Shown: positions 48,544 to 60,919, numbered from the stretch's first letter. The stretch is DNA of 64,000 bases from an uncultured Armatimonadetes bacterium (GCA_963716175.1 OY970296.1:4192001-4256000), one strand, 5' to 3'. Notes: generated from the letters alone by a model not told the origin. Numbers and translations: made by a program.

Positions 48544-50061
48544 ATGAGACTCGCTCTTGCTGTTGGGGTTCTGATGGTGTCTGCGATGCCCGTGTGGGCC
48601 GCGGGTACCGCGGGCCTCTCGCCCGCGATGTGGACGCGGGTGCGCGCGGCGGAGCCCGCGACCGTGGATCTGACTCCAACCCCGTCACCGAAGACACCGC
48701 CCAAGTTGAGCCTGCAGGAATGCCTCAGCTTCGGCTTCCGCCAGAACGCCAGCTTCCGTCAGAGCCAGGAGCAGTTGGTCAACGCCCTACGGGGGCTGTG
48801 GGTTGCCGACCAGCGCCTGTTCTACACTCTCAGCGGGAGCGGGCAGGACGAGAAGGCGGCTGGCGGCACTCCGGAGCAGAGCTTCTCGGGCAGCTTGGGA
48901 ACACGCTGGGAGGCAACCGGCGGTGGCTCCCTCCAGGCCGATGTGGGCACCGGCACGCAGGAGACGATAGGAGACCTGTTCCTCCAACAGCCATCAGTCA
49001 CCCTGAACTACGATCAGCCCTTGCTGAGGGGCGCGGGGCTGGCATCCTCGACTTACGAGCGCATTCGCAGCGCGCACACCGCGCTGGCAGCGCAGGAACT
49101 GTCGTTCTACGATGGCCGACAGGACCTAGCGCAGCGCGTGATCGGGGACTACTTCGCGGTGCTGCTGGCGCAGGGCCAGGTGGAGATCGCGCAGCGGTCG
49201 GCAGACCGCGCCAAGCAGTTCTATGACATCAACTATGCGAAGTTCTCAGGCGAAGGCCTGAAGCGACCAGATGAGGAGTGGGTGAGCCAGGTGGCGGAGA
49301 TTGACGTGGACCAGGCGCGCCTCGCCTGGGAGCGATCGAAGCAGCAGCTCATCAGCAGCCAGCAAGACCATCGGGACGCGATGGAGACGCTGCTGCTGGC
49401 CATGGGGTTCGTTCCCACCGGTACGCCCGAGCTGAGCACCTCCATCGTCTACCAGCCACAGGAGTACGACGAGGCGGAGCTGATCCAGGTCGCCCTGGCG
49501 AACAGCACAGACCTGGGCCGGCTGGAACTGAACCGGCTGGATGCGCTGGCGGCGCTGCGGATCGCCCGCAGCCAGCACCTTCCCGACGTCATCGCCAGCG
49601 CGGGGGTCACCGACTTGGGCGACACCCTGGGCGGGGTGCCGGTGAGCACCGGCTGGTTCGGCGCGTTGCGCCTGGAGGCGCCGCTGTGGGATCGCCAGCG
49701 CACCGAGAACGCCGATCGGGCGGAGCGATCCCTGAAGGTGCTGGAGCAGCAGATGGTGGCGGCTCGCGACCAAGTGAGGCAAGGGATGCAGAGCCAAGTG
49801 CGGGCCGCGGTCAGCTCCCGGGCGCGCATTGATATCGGTCAGCAGGCGGTGACGCTGGCGCGCAAGAACCGGGAGGCGGCGCAGGGCATGTACGACGAAG
49901 GGCTAAGCGACTACCTGCGGGTGCTGGATGCGGAGGACCGGCTGGTGGAGGCAGAGCGGTCGCTGCTCCAGGAGCAAGTGACGTATTTCCTGACTACGGT
50001 GCAGATCCGCAGGACTCTGGGTGAGGACATCACCCAGGGACTGCCGGAGCAGGAGCGCTAG
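48544..50061 (+). CDS. TolC family outer membrane efflux protein
   Basis: Signal peptide; LSLQEC, QPLLRGAG, YDEGLSDYLRVLDAE motifs. Confidence 0.9.
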   Translation: MRLALAVGVLMVSAMPVWAAGTAGLSPAMWTRVRAAEPATVDLTPTPSPKTPPKLSLQECLSFGFRQNASFRQSQEQLVNALRGLWVADQRLFYTLSGSGQDEKAAGGTPEQSFSGSLGTRWEATGGGSLQADVGTGTQETIGDLFLQQPSVTLNYDQPLLRGAGLASSTYERIRSAHTALAAQELSFYDGRQDLAQRVIGDYFAVLLAQGQVEIAQRSADRAKQFYDINYAKFSGEGLKRPDEEWVSQVAEIDVDQARLAWERSKQQLISSQQDHRDAMETLLLAMGFVPTGTPELSTSIVYQPQEYDEAELIQVALANSTDLGRLELNRLDALAALRIARSQHLPDVIASAGVTDLGDTLGGVPVSTGWFGALRLEAPLWDRQRTENADRAERSLKVLEQQMVAARDQVRQGMQSQVRAAVSSRARIDIGQQAVTLARKNREAAQGMYDEGLSDYLRVLDAEDRLVEAERSLLQEQVTYFLTTVQIRRTLGEDITQGLPEQER

Positions 50062-50063
50062 CG

Positions 50064-51484
50064 TTGAGGCGATACGGCATCAGCATCGTGATACTGCTGG
50101 TCGCAGCAGGCGGCGGCTGGGCCTGGCGCGCCTCGCTGAAGCGGGCGCCCAAGGCGCGGGTGGCGGTCACTGCCGCTGCCCGCGGGGAGTTCGTGGTCAG
50201 CCTGGTGGCGGAGGGGCCTCTGGAAAGCGATGACTCGGTGGTAGTGCGCACCGGCAAGGCGGCGGGGGAGCTGACCATGATCGTCCCCGAGGGCACGGTG
50301 GTGCGCGCGGGTGACGCTTTCTGCCGCATCGAAGCGCGGGAGCTACAGCGCAGGCACACCGACGCCGAGCTCGCCTACAAGCAGGCAAAGGAGGAGATCG
50401 AAAAGACCCGGGACAGCGCTCAAGAAAGGTACGACACTGAGCAGCGCACGCTGGAGCAGGCCGAGAAGGACTACCAGGTGTGGGAGGAGTCGGTCGGCGT
50501 GCGCGCCAAGCAGGCCGAGGATCAGTTGGCATTCGATCGCGCCGAGGCGGAGCGGCTGCGCCTGGAGTCGGACCGTTCGCAGCGCATGGCGGCCAAGGGC
50601 TACATGGCGGCCGCGGAGGCGGACATCGCCCAGGCGGCCTACGAGGCGCAGCAGTTCAAGGTGGAGCAGAGCGTCAAGGCGCTGGAGCTGAGCCAGCGCG
50701 AGATCGCAGCCGAACGCCGCCAGAAGCAGAGCCAGCTCTCGGCCAGTCGGCGGCGCACGGACATCGCCCGGAATCGCATCGGGGATCAGGTGTCCCATGC
50801 CACGCGTCGCGCCGAGGTGGCCTCCAAGGAGCTGGAGACGGTGGTTGCTGCCCTCGCCGACACCTCGATCATCGCCCCTGCCTCCGGCACGGTCTCGCTC
50901 TTCTCGACCTTCCGGGGTGGAGAACGGCGACCCTGGCGGGAGGGCGACCAGGTCTCCTCGGGTACGCCGCTAGGCAGCATCTCGGGCAGCCAGAACATGT
51001 CGGTGCGCTGCCGCATCAAGGAGAGCAACATCGCCGCGCTGCGCAAGGAGCAGCCGGCGGAGATCGAATTTGCGGCGCTCCCCGGGCGCAAGTTCTCCGG
51101 TGTCGTTTCGTCGGTCGGGTCGGTGGCGCGCGAGGTATGGGTGTGGGAGGACCCCACGGCCGAGGCCAACGCGCGCGTCTTCGACGTGCTGGTGAAAGTG
51201 GACCAGACGCGCGCCGGAGGCTTGAAGCCGGGGCTGAACGCGAGGGCGAGGATCACCGTGCAGCGCCTGCCGAAGGCGCTATTCGTGCCGTTGGACGCGG
51301 TGTTCGAGCGGGCAGGCAAGAGCTATGCGTACGTGCAGACGGGCGACGGCTTCACCCGGCGAGAGGTCAAGACCGGCGAGCGCAATGAGGTCGCGGTGGT
51401 GATACGATCGGGTCTGTCCGAGGGAGAGCTGGTGGCGATGTCGGACCCCACTCGCTACCCTGCACTCGCGCCGAGGAAGGCGCA

Positions 51485-51488
<4 letters not shown>
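50064..51488 (+). CDS. efflux periplasmic adaptor (MFP/HlyD family) 1
   Basis: N-terminal TM, VPEGTVV.AGD lipoyl motif, long coiled coil, I.AP..G, LKPG. Confidence 0.9.
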
Positions 51489-52218
<730 letters not shown>

Positions 52219-52222
<4 letters not shown>

Positions 52223-53642
52223 GGCGGCCGCTGTACCTGGCGCTGGTGCTGCTGGCGGTTGGCGTGGGCGGCTGGCGGTGGCGCGCCATCAGCTCAGCGC
52301 GGGCAGTGACCAAGGTGTCGGTGCCGACGGCGGAGGTCACGCGCGGCTCGCTGGTGGTCACCCTCCCGGTGAACGGGGCGCTGGAGTCGGCTCAGGAGAC
52401 GCCGGTGCGCACCGACATTGACGGCACCCTGATCAAGCTCTGCGAGGACAACTCGCAGGTTAGTCCGGGCGACCTGATCTTCCAACTCGACACCAAGGAC
52501 CTGATAGACCAACGGGAGGTGCTGGCGCGCGCGCTCACGGACGCCCAGGAGGCGCTCAGCAGCGAGCAGGCTGACGGTCAGACCAGCATCGCCCAGGCGG
52601 CGAGCGATGCGGAGGCGGCGCAGGAAGCGCTGAAGCTGGCGCAGGAGAAGGCGCAGGCGGAGAGGGAGCGGATCGCTGCCCAGGTCAAGTATGCGGAGAG
52701 CGAGACCGCGCGCGCCCAGCGCGAGCTAACGCGCTCGCAACGGCTCGCCAAGGTCAACTACATCCCCGGCACGAAGCTGCGCGAGGCGGAGAAGGCCTAT
52801 CGCCAGCAGGAGTTCGCGCTGGCGCAACAGCGGGCCCAGCAGGCAGATGTGGACAAGCGCACCGGGGAGCAGGTGCAGGACGCGCAGACCGCGTACGACC
52901 TCGCGGTGCACACCTGGGAGACGGCCAAAGCCCACGCCGCGGAGAACGTAGGGGATGCTCGGATTGACCTAGCGGAGGCGCAGCGGAAACTGGACGAGGT
53001 GGACAAGAAGATCGCGCAGTGCACAGTGACAGCCCCGGTCGCCGGCCTGGCCGTGGTCGAGACCAACTCCGATAACTGGCCCGAGCGGCGGCCCTACCGC
53101 CTGGGTGACCAGATCGACTCGGGGACCGCGCCAGTGCAGATCTATGATTTCCAAAGAATGCAGGTGCGGTGCCAGATCGGCGAGATGGACATCTCCCGCG
53201 TGCACGACGGGCAAGACGCGTTGGTGTCGTCGCCGACCCTGCCCGAGAGGCGCTACCGCGGTAAGGTGGCGGTGGTGGAGGAGCTGGCGCAGGACGCCGA
53301 TGTCTGGCAAGGGGGGACGCCGGGCAAGAAGGTCTTCGGGGTCCTGGTCACTCTCACGGAAGCCGATCCGGCCCACCTCCGGCCAGGCATGACGGTGGAC
53401 CTCGAAGTCGTGCTGGACAGCGTGCGAGAGGCGACTATGACGCCTATCCGCGCGGTGTTCAAGGAGGGGGGCAAGTCGGTGGTCTACCGGGCGCGGGGGA
53501 GAGCTTCGAGCGCGTGCCTGTCACTGTGGGCACGCGCAACGACCTGCTGATCGAGGTGCGCGGGGAGGTGCGCGCTGGTGACCGGGTGGCGCTGGAACCA
53601 CCTCCGGCCCAGCTGGTCCAGCGTGCGGAGGTGAGGCGATGA
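52219..53642 (+). CDS. efflux periplasmic adaptor (MFP) 2, frameshifted at G5 53495-53499
   Basis: MFP motifs; the shifted frame continues GESFERVPVTVGTRND... to TGA at 53640-53642, overlapping the next ATG. Confidence 0.85.
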
Positions 53643-55102
53643 GAGCTCGGGGCACGACAACAGCGCTGGCCGTCGTGGCCGCCCTGGCCGCCCTGGCCGC
53701 GGTGGGCTGGGCAGGCTGGCGGGGCACACCGCGCACGGGGGCCGCGGTGGAGAAGGGCGAACAGCTGGTGGTCGCCACCACCGCCAAGCGCCAGGACCTG
53801 CTCATCACCGTCAGCCAGACCGGGGTGGTGGCGGCGAGGAAGTCCACCCCGGTGATTCCCCAGATCTCCGGGCGCATCCAGTGGGTGTGCGGGAACGGCA
53901 TCATCGTCGCCAAAGATGATACCATCCTGCGCTTGGACCCGACCAAGCTGGAGGAGCAGCTGGCCGACCTCAGCGCGCGCTATGACGACGCCGTGCGCCG
54001 ACAGGCACAGGCCGACACCACGGGCAAGGCGCGGATGACAGAGATGCGGCTGCGGCTGCAGCGCGCTCGTGACGATGTCGCCGCCTTCGAGCGCCAGCAG
54101 GCCGTGACGCTGCAGGATGCAGCCGACGCTATCACCTTTCACGCCGCAGAGCTTCAGCACAACCGGGAGGACCTGGACGTGAAGAAGCGGCTGGCGGCAA
54201 AGGGCCTGGTGGCCGGGACGGAGGTGGAGCGGCAGGAGGCAGCGCTGAAGGCGGCCGAGTTCTCTCTCCAGCAAGAGCGGAGCGAGTACGAGCTGAAGAA
54301 GTCGCAGGCGGCAGCGGACGCCGGGGAGCGGCGCAGGAATGTGAACAACACGGCGCGCGATATGAGCCGGGCCCGCAGTTGGTCGGAGCGGGAAACCCGT
54401 ATGAGCGGCAACGAGGTGGACAACCTGAAGCTCCAGGTCGAGCGCGCCCGCGAGGACCTGCCGAGGACCACGCTGACCGCGCCGCTAGCCGGGCTGGTGG
54501 TGCTGTCGGCCCAGGGCGGATGGCGGGGGGAATCACACCTGCCCCGCATCGGCGACTACGCGTCTCAGGGGCGCGAGATCGCGGCGATCGTGAGTCTGGA
54601 TCGCATGCAGGTGAAGCTCGAACTGGATCAGACACAGATCACCGGGGTAACGATGGGCCGGGCGGCGGAGGTGACCATCGAGGCCCTGCCGGGCAAGGCG
54701 CTGACGGGGAGGATCACGGCGATCGGTCAGAACGCGCGCCGTCCCCCCATCCAGGGATGGAGAGGTCTCTCCTCCACTGCCACCTTCCCGGTCACGGTCG
54801 ATCTGCCCCCCATCGGCAAGTCCCTGATCCGGCCGGGCATGCGGGCCAGCGTGCGCATCGTGACGCGGCGAGTGAAGAACGTGATCACCGTTCCCAGCGG
54901 GTGCATCTTCCGGCGGGACGGCCGCGCGGTCGCCTTCGTGGAGCGCAACGGTAAGTTCGTGCAGACCGCGGTCACCACCGGAGAGTCCAACGGCGACTAT
55001 ACCGCCATCACCCAAGGCCTGCGGGAGGGCGACCGGATCGCGCTCAACGACCTGGGGGCATCTCCCTCGGGCAGCGCGCCGGCGAAAGAGCAGCGCCGAT
55101 GA
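53639..55102 (+). CDS. efflux periplasmic adaptor (MFP) 3
   Basis: TM, SGRIQWV..NG..V.K.D, LTAP.AG, IRPGM, GL.EGD motifs. Confidence 0.88.
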   Translation: MRARGTTTALAVVAALAALAAVGWAGWRGTPRTGAAVEKGEQLVVATTAKRQDLLITVSQTGVVAARKSTPVIPQISGRIQWVCGNGIIVAKDDTILRLDPTKLEEQLADLSARYDDAVRRQAQADTTGKARMTEMRLRLQRARDDVAAFERQQAVTLQDAADAITFHAAELQHNREDLDVKKRLAAKGLVAGTEVERQEAALKAAEFSLQQERSEYELKKSQAAADAGERRRNVNNTARDMSRARSWSERETRMSGNEVDNLKLQVERAREDLPRTTLTAPLAGLVVLSAQGGWRGESHLPRIGDYASQGREIAAIVSLDRMQVKLELDQTQITGVTMGRAAEVTIEALPGKALTGRITAIGQNARRPPIQGWRGLSSTATFPVTVDLPPIGKSLIRPGMRASVRIVTRRVKNVITVPSGCIFRRDGRAVAFVERNGKFVQTAVTTGESNGDYTAITQGLREGDRIALNDLGASPSGSAPAKEQRR

Positions 55103-56418
55103 GGTTGAACCTGGCGGCGCTCACCGCGCCCACCAAGACGGGCTTCCGCGAGCTGTGGAGCCACAAGCTGCGCTCCTTGCTCACCATGCTGGGCATGATC
55201 TTCGGGGTGGCGGCGGTGATCGGCATGGTGTCCATCGGAGAGGGCGCTCGCCAGGAGACTCTCCAGCAGATCCAGCAGCTGGGCATTGACGTGCTCCAGG
55301 TGCGGCGGGTGGCGCTGGCGGGAGAGATGCAGGACGAGGCGGCGAAGAGATCGCCTTACGGCCTGACCTACGGCGACTCGCTGGTGCTGGCCGAGCTCTG
55401 CGATTTCGCCAAGCTGGTGGTGCCCTCGTGCCGCGTGTTCGGCGTGGTCACGGCCGGCGGGAAGACCATCGACGCCCGCGTTTTCGGCACTTCCGCCGGC
55501 TACATACAGACCTCCCATCTCGACGTCGCAGAGGGCCGGTTCATAGACGACGAGGACGTGTCCCGGCGCGCGCATGTCTGCGTGCTGGGAGCAGAGGTGA
55601 AGCGAGATGCCTTCGCCTTCGAGAGCCCGGTGGGCAAGTTCATCAAGATCGGGATGGGCAACTTCCGCGTCATCGGGGTGATGCAGGAGCGCGTGCTGGA
55701 AACCTCGGAGACCACCTTTGCGCTGCGCGACCTCAATCAGGATGTGTACATCCCCATCACCGTGGCCATGGAAGACTTCCAGCTCTATATGGAGCAGGCG
55801 ATCCCCATGAACCCGGAGGCGGTGATGGGGCTGGTGGGACAGATGTTCGAGCGGCCGCCGCTCAATCGCCGCCCCATCAGCGAGGTGGCGATTCAGGTGA
55901 GTGACTCGGATAAGACGGTGCCGGCCGCCCAGGTAGTGAAGCAGATCATAGAGCAGCGCCACAAGGGGATTCCGGACTTCGAGATCATCATCCCCATCGA
56001 GCTGCTGCGGCAGCGCCAGCAGACACAGAGAATCTTCAACGTGGTGATGGGTGCGATCGCCAGCATCTCGCTGCTGGTGGGTGGCATCGGCATCATGAAC
56101 ATCATGCTCGCCACGGTCACGCAGCGGGCGCGCGAGATCGGCATTCGCCGCTGCATCGGCGCCAAGCGGGGCGACATCGTGCGCCAGTTTTTGGTGGAGT
56201 GCCTGGTGATCACCGTGATCGGCGGTGTGATAGGGGTCGGCGGAGGGATCGGGGCGGCACAGGCGATATCGCACTACGCCGACTGGAAGACGGTGGTGGC
56301 GGGCAGCGCGGTGGTGCTCTCGCTGGGGGTGTCGGTGTCGGTGGGCCTGATCTTCGGCCTCTACCCGGCCATCCGCGCCGCCTCCATCGAGCCCATGGAG
56401 GCGCTGCGGGCGGAGTGA
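55099..56418 (+). CDS. MacB/FtsX-like ABC transporter permease
   Basis: KLRSLLTMLGMIFGVAAVI, ISLLVGGIGIMNIML..VTQR.REIGIR, P.EALRAE. Confidence 0.95.
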   Translation: MRLNLAALTAPTKTGFRELWSHKLRSLLTMLGMIFGVAAVIGMVSIGEGARQETLQQIQQLGIDVLQVRRVALAGEMQDEAAKRSPYGLTYGDSLVLAELCDFAKLVVPSCRVFGVVTAGGKTIDARVFGTSAGYIQTSHLDVAEGRFIDDEDVSRRAHVCVLGAEVKRDAFAFESPVGKFIKIGMGNFRVIGVMQERVLETSETTFALRDLNQDVYIPITVAMEDFQLYMEQAIPMNPEAVMGLVGQMFERPPLNRRPISEVAIQVSDSDKTVPAAQVVKQIIEQRHKGIPDFEIIIPIELLRQRQQTQRIFNVVMGAIASISLLVGGIGIMNIMLATVTQRAREIGIRRCIGAKRGDIVRQFLVECLVITVIGGVIGVGGGIGAAQAISHYADWKTVVAGSAVVLSLGVSVSVGLIFGLYPAIRAASIEPMEALRAE

Positions 56419-56739
56419 CGTCTCCGTTCTGCAAGGCGGGCGTGCCAGTCCCTACTCGTGGCAACGACCCCTCGGCACCGAGACGCAGAGAGCGCAGAGA
56501 GAAGGGCCCTTCGGGACCTGCGCGATCCGCGGATTCCTCGGAGCCGATACGCTACACTCGTCCCGACCAGATGGCGGCGATGCCTCCTGCTTCTGCGAAG
56601 CACTCGGCATGGCCGCCCTACAGAGTCTATCGCAAAAGGGGCCACCGTTCGGATGTGAGCGCAGCCTTGCGCCCCACGACCAAGGGTGGCAGGAGCAAGC
56701 TCCTGCCCAACGGGTTTTGCGATAGACTCTACAAGAGGG

Positions 56740-57690
56740 CTAGTAGCCCTCCCGCTTGTCCACCACGTTCAGCAGCTCCTCACCCGCGAGATACCTGCGG
56801 AGGTTATCGCAGAACAGGTGCATGAGGCGCTCGTGCGACCTGGGCGAGGAGCCGGCGAGGTGGGGGGTGATGAGGACATTGGGCAGGTACCAGAGGGGGC
56901 TGTCGGCGGGGAGTGGTTCGGTGGCGAACACGTCCAGGCCGGCGCCGGCGATGCGGTTGTCTTTCAGCGCGGCGACGAGGGCGGGCTCGTCAATCAGCCC
57001 GCCCCGGCCGATGTTCATGAGGTAAGCAGTGGGCTTCATCGCTCGCAGCTCGGCGGGGCCGATGAGCTGGCGAGTGCTCTGAGTCAGCGCGGTGCAGAGC
57101 ACGACGTAGTCTGATTCGGCGAGCAGCCATGGCAAGCCGTCGGCGCCGCGCACGTCGTCGGCAAACTCCGCGGGCAGCTCCGGCCGGCGGCGAGTGGCGA
57201 TGACCCGCATCCCGAAAGCCTTCGCCCGCCGCGCCACCTCGCCGCCGATACCGCCCAGGCCGACAATACCGAGCGTCTTACCTGCCAGCTCATCGGGCTC
57301 GGCTTCCTCTCCCCAGCAGCGGGCGATCTGATCGTGCAGCAACCGAGCGAGGCCGCGGGAGAAGTGGAGCATGAGCGCCAGCACGTGATCGGCGATGGGA
57401 ATGGCGTAGACGCCGGCGGCGTTGGTGAGGAGGACGGGGCTGGCGATGAACTCCGGGGTCATGAAGCGCTCGATGCCGGCGCCCCAGGACTGCACCCATT
57501 TCAGGCGCGGGGCGGCCTGCCAGAGCTCGTTCGACCAATGGCCGGCGAGGATGACTTCGGCCTGGGCGGCCAGCTCCAGGGCGTGCTCGCGGCTCTCGGA
57601 GGCATGCACAGCGAGCGCGTCGGAGACGGCGCGAATGCGGGCCAGGTCGGGCTCCGATGCGCGATAGGAGATCAGGACATGCACTGGCAT
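56740..57690 (-). CDS. D-2-hydroxyacid dehydrogenase
   Basis: GLGGIG, NIGRG, AGLDVFATEPL, ITPH motifs. Confidence 0.93.
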   Translation of the reverse strand: MPVHVLISYRASEPDLARIRAVSDALAVHASESREHALELAAQAEVILAGHWSNELWQAAPRLKWVQSWGAGIERFMTPEFIASPVLLTNAAGVYAIPIADHVLALMLHFSRGLARLLHDQIARCWGEEAEPDELAGKTLGIVGLGGIGGEVARRAKAFGMRVIATRRRPELPAEFADDVRGADGLPWLLAESDYVVLCTALTQSTRQLIGPAELRAMKPTAYLMNIGRGGLIDEPALVAALKDNRIAGAGLDVFATEPLPADSPLWYLPNVLITPHLAGSSPRSHERLMHLFCDNLRRYLAGEELLNVVDKREGY

Positions 57691-58735
57691 CTAGGTGGTC
57701 CTCTCGGCGAAGTGGCAGGCCAAGGCGCGCAGCTCCCGGTGGGAGCGGGGAGGCAGATGCGCGGCTGAGAGATGCTGATCCAGCGCGGCCGTCAGCAGCT
57801 CACTTGCGATCCGCTCGCAGTCAGCGCGGATGCCGGCCTCCTCCATGCTGGCGGCGAGAGCAGCGACCCCCTGGCCGTCGGCAATTCCGCCGGAGAGTCC
57901 GGCCAGCACCCGCTGACGCAGGTCCGGTTGGGCGGTGGCGAGAGCGAGGGTGATGGGCAAGGTCCGCTTGTTCTGCCTCAGGTCGCTGCCCACCGGCTTG
58001 CCCAACTCTCGCGGGTCGCCCCAGATCCCGAGGGCATCGTCGCGAATCTGGTAGACCAGACCGATGGCCGAGCCGAAGCCGCGCAGGGCTACAACGGTTT
58101 CCTGGTCAGCGCCTCCGATGTGCGCGCCCATGCCGCAGGCGGCCCCGAACAGGGAGGCAGTCTTCAGGCCGATCATCTTCAGATAGTCAGCGTAGTCCAG
58201 ATCATCCCGGCCCTGGTAGCAGAGGTCGAGCTGCTGGCCCTCGCAGACCTCCAGCACGGCCCGGTTGAGCTCTTGCAGCACACCGGCCGCAGTCTCGGGC
58301 GACAGGTGGAGGCGATCCGAGATGACCGACGGCGAGATTCGCTAGCGCGTACATGGCATCACCTGCGGTGATGGCCTGGCCCACTCCCCACAGGCTCCAG
58401 ACTGTGGGTCGGCCGCGGCGGGTCACGTCGTGGTCAGCGATGTCGTCGTGGAGCAGGGTGAAGCCGTGGACGAGCTCCAGGGCTGCGCCCGCGGGGGCGG
58501 CCCGCGCGGGCTGGCCGCCGGCGGCTTCGCAGGCGAGCAGACAGAGGGCGGAACGGACCCCCTTGCCCCCCGAGGCGGCGATGGGGCGGCCCTGGGCATC
58601 AGCGTAGCCGAGGTGGTAGCGCAGCAGCTGGTAGAGCAAGGCATCGGATCGGTCGGCGAGAAGGGAGCGGATCTCGGCTTCCACCAAGGGGCGGCAGCGC
58701 GCGAGTATGCCCTGGGCCGTCTGTTCGGCAGTCAT
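57691..58735 (-). CDS. polyprenyl (geranylgeranyl) diphosphate synthase, frameshifted near 58290-58320
   Basis: [20 protein letters not shown] in one frame; GQQLD, KTA, QIRDD, GK..GSD in the next. Confidence 0.88.
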
Positions 58736-58815
58736 AGGGTCCCGGTTCTGCCCGAGGGGGCGATTTCCTCGCTTGCCTCCTAGGGGCTGCTACAGCCAGT
58801 TGGGAACAATTTCGC

Positions 58816-58844
58816 TTGACACTGTGACGATTAGGTGGTATCTT
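58816..58844 (+). promoter_or_regulatory. sigma70-type promoter of csp
   Basis: TTGACA-17 nt-TATCTT with extended TG. Confidence 0.7.
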
Positions 58845-58958
58845 CCTGCTGTCGGGTGTGACCCGGACTCACTTACGGGTCTGAGCGTGGCGGGAAGACT
58901 TGCCAGTGAATCTGTCAGCCTTCCGCCGGTGACGTTCGGACTGCGGAAAGGAGTGGCG

Positions 58959-59162
58959 GTGGTAACTGGCAAGGTCAAGTGGTTCGATGATGGCAAGGGC
59001 TACGGGTTCATCGAGACCGAGGAGGGGGACGTCTTCGTCCACTACTCGGCGATCATGAGCAACGTCCCGGGCCGCAAGACCCTCTATGAGGGGCAGGAAG
59101 TCGAACTCGAGGTGACCACCGGGCCTAAGGGGCTGAAGGCGGCCAACGTCAGGGTTCGGTGA
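58959..59162 (+). CDS. csp: cold shock protein
   Basis: [29 protein letters not shown]. Confidence 0.95.
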   Translation: MVTGKVKWFDDGKGYGFIETEEGDVFVHYSAIMSNVPGRKTLYEGQEVELEVTTGPKGLKAANVRVR

Positions 59163-59183
59163 CTAGCTTCCAGTTGTCCACGA

Positions 59184-59219
59184 CCAAACCCCGGCCCGCA
59201 GCCGGGGTTTGGCGCGTTC
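59184..59219 (+). terminator. hairpin downstream of csp
   Basis: CCAAACCCCGGC-CCGCA-GCCGGGGTTTGG. Confidence 0.6.
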
Positions 59220-59333
59220 TGGGAGGGAGGGGAGCGCGAGGATGTTGGGCAGCTGAGAAGGAATTCACAAGGCAAGCCTGAATCGGCGGGTTGAGGGCGC
59301 CAGCGGCCCAGGTCCAGCGAGGGGGGCGGAGAC

Positions 59334-59602
59334 TTGTCGGACTATCAGACGACGGTCTATGTCGGGAACCTGCCCTGGAGTACGACGGAGGACGATCTGG
59401 CCGGGTTGTTCAAGGACTTCGGACCCGTGCTCGACGTCCGGGTGATCCAGGACCGCGTGACTGGGCGCGCCAGCGGCTATGGCTTTGTGGAGCTGGCCCA
59501 CCGCGAATGGTGGCAGAGGCGTGCGCCGCGCTTAACGGCTGCGTCTACAACGGGCGCTCGCTCCTGGTCAGCCCAGCCCGGCCGAGGCCGCCGCGCCACT
59601 AG
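59334..59602 (+). CDS. RRM RNA-binding protein, frameshifted near 59505
   Basis: VYVGNLPW (RNP2), GYGFVE (RNP1); C-terminus ALNG...GRSLLVSPARPR is in another frame. Confidence 0.85.
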
Positions 59603-59620
59603 CGAGCGGCCTGGCCGGCT

Positions 59621-60919
59621 TCACGATGTGATGGTGTCGGCAACCACCTGAGGGGCGGGGGGCAGGCGGTCACCAATCTGATAGGCGGCGCGGATTCGTG
59701 CTGCGACGTCCTCGGCCGCGCCGCGCGCTGCTCGGGGCACCAGCAGGAAGGCCAGCGTGTCCCCTCTTACCTCGTCCCCCACTTTCTTGGCCAGCAGGAG
59801 CCCGCAGGCATGCCTCTCTTCCCCGGCGAGGGCCTGCAGATCCCGGACCGCGGAACCCACGCGCCGCGCGTCCAGGGCCACCACTGCCCCGCGCCGGTCC
59901 ATTGCGATGGGAATGCGGTCGCACTGCCGGAATAGGCTCTCGGGATCGTCCAGGGTGTCGGGCGATCCCCCCTGAGCGGCGACCATCTGGCGGAGCTTGG
60001 CCAGCCCTTGGCCGGAGACCAGGGCTCGTCGTGCTCGCGCCCGGCCGTCGGCGAGGTCGGAGGAGACACCGCCGAGAACCAGCATGTGGGCGGCCAGCAC
60101 CTGGCACAGGTCTACCAGGTCGCGGGGCCCGCGGCCGGAGAGCGCGGCAACCGCCTCCGCCAGCTCCGGCGCATCCCCCACCGCGCGGCCGAGCGGCTGA
60201 TCCATGCGGGAGACCACCGCGACCATACGCTTGCCGTGCTGCACGCCGATGTTCACCATGGCCTGGGCGAGCTCCCGGGCCCGCGCCAGGTCCGGCATGA
60301 AGGCCCCGCTGCCAGCTTTCACATCGAGGAGGATGGCATCGGCGCCGACGGCCAGCTTCTTGCTCATAACCGAGCTGGCGATGAGAGGAATGCTCTCCAC
60401 GGTGGCGGTGGCGTCTCGCAGCGCGTAGATCAGCTTGTCGGCCGGCACCATGCGGTCGGTCTGCGCGGCGATGGCGAGGCCGATCTCGGCCACCTGCGCG
60501 CAGAAACGCTCGGGCGAGAGATCGGTGGTGAGGCCGGGAATCGCCTCCAGCTTGTCTATGGTGCCGCCGGTGTGGCCCAGGCCACGACCCGACATCTTCG
60601 GCACTGGCACCCCGAGCGCGGCGACCAGCGGCGCCACCACCAAGGTGGTCTTGTCGCCCACGCCTCCGGTCGAGTGCTTGTCCACCTTGGTTCCGGGGAT
60701 GGCGGAGAGGTCGAGCCGGGCGCCGGTGTTGACCATGGCCAGGGTGAGATCGGCGCTCTCCCGCGCGCTCATGCCATTGAGCAGGATCGCCATGAGAAAG
60801 GCGGCCATCTGGCCCTCGGAGACTTCCCCCCGGACGAAGCCGCTGACCAGGGCCGCGATCATCTCCGCGGTCAGCTCATGGCGATCGCGCTTTCTGGCGA
60901 TGATCTCGGTGACGTTCAC
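59621..60919 (-). CDS. pdp: pyrimidine-nucleoside / thymidine phosphorylase
   Basis: DKHSTGGVGDK, KMSGRGLGHTGGT.DKLE, SSVMSKK, LDVK.GSGAFM. Confidence 0.95.
   Translation of the reverse strand: MNVTEIIARKRDRHELTAEMIAALVSGFVRGEVSEGQMAAFLMAILLNGMSARESADLTLAMVNTGARLDLSAIPGTKVDKHSTGGVGDKTTLVVAPLVAALGVPVPKMSGRGLGHTGGTIDKLEAIPGLTTDLSPERFCAQVAEIGLAIAAQTDRMVPADKLIYALRDATATVESIPLIASSVMSKKLAVGADAILLDVKAGSGAFMPDLARARELAQAMVNIGVQHGKRMVAVVSRMDQPLGRAVGDAPELAEAVAALSGRGPRDLVDLCQVLAAHMLVLGGVSSDLADGRARARRALVSGQGLAKLRQMVAAQGGSPDTLDDPESLFRQCDRIPIAMDRRGAVVALDARRVGSAVRDLQALAGEERHACGLLLAKKVGDEVRGDTLAFLLVPRAARGAAEDVAARIRAAYQIGDRLPPAPQVVADTITS

Noticed and set aside
48165-48704. 179-aa minus-strand ORF between marR and tolC
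   Set aside because: Overlaps the tolC start and repeat DNA; no recognisable features.
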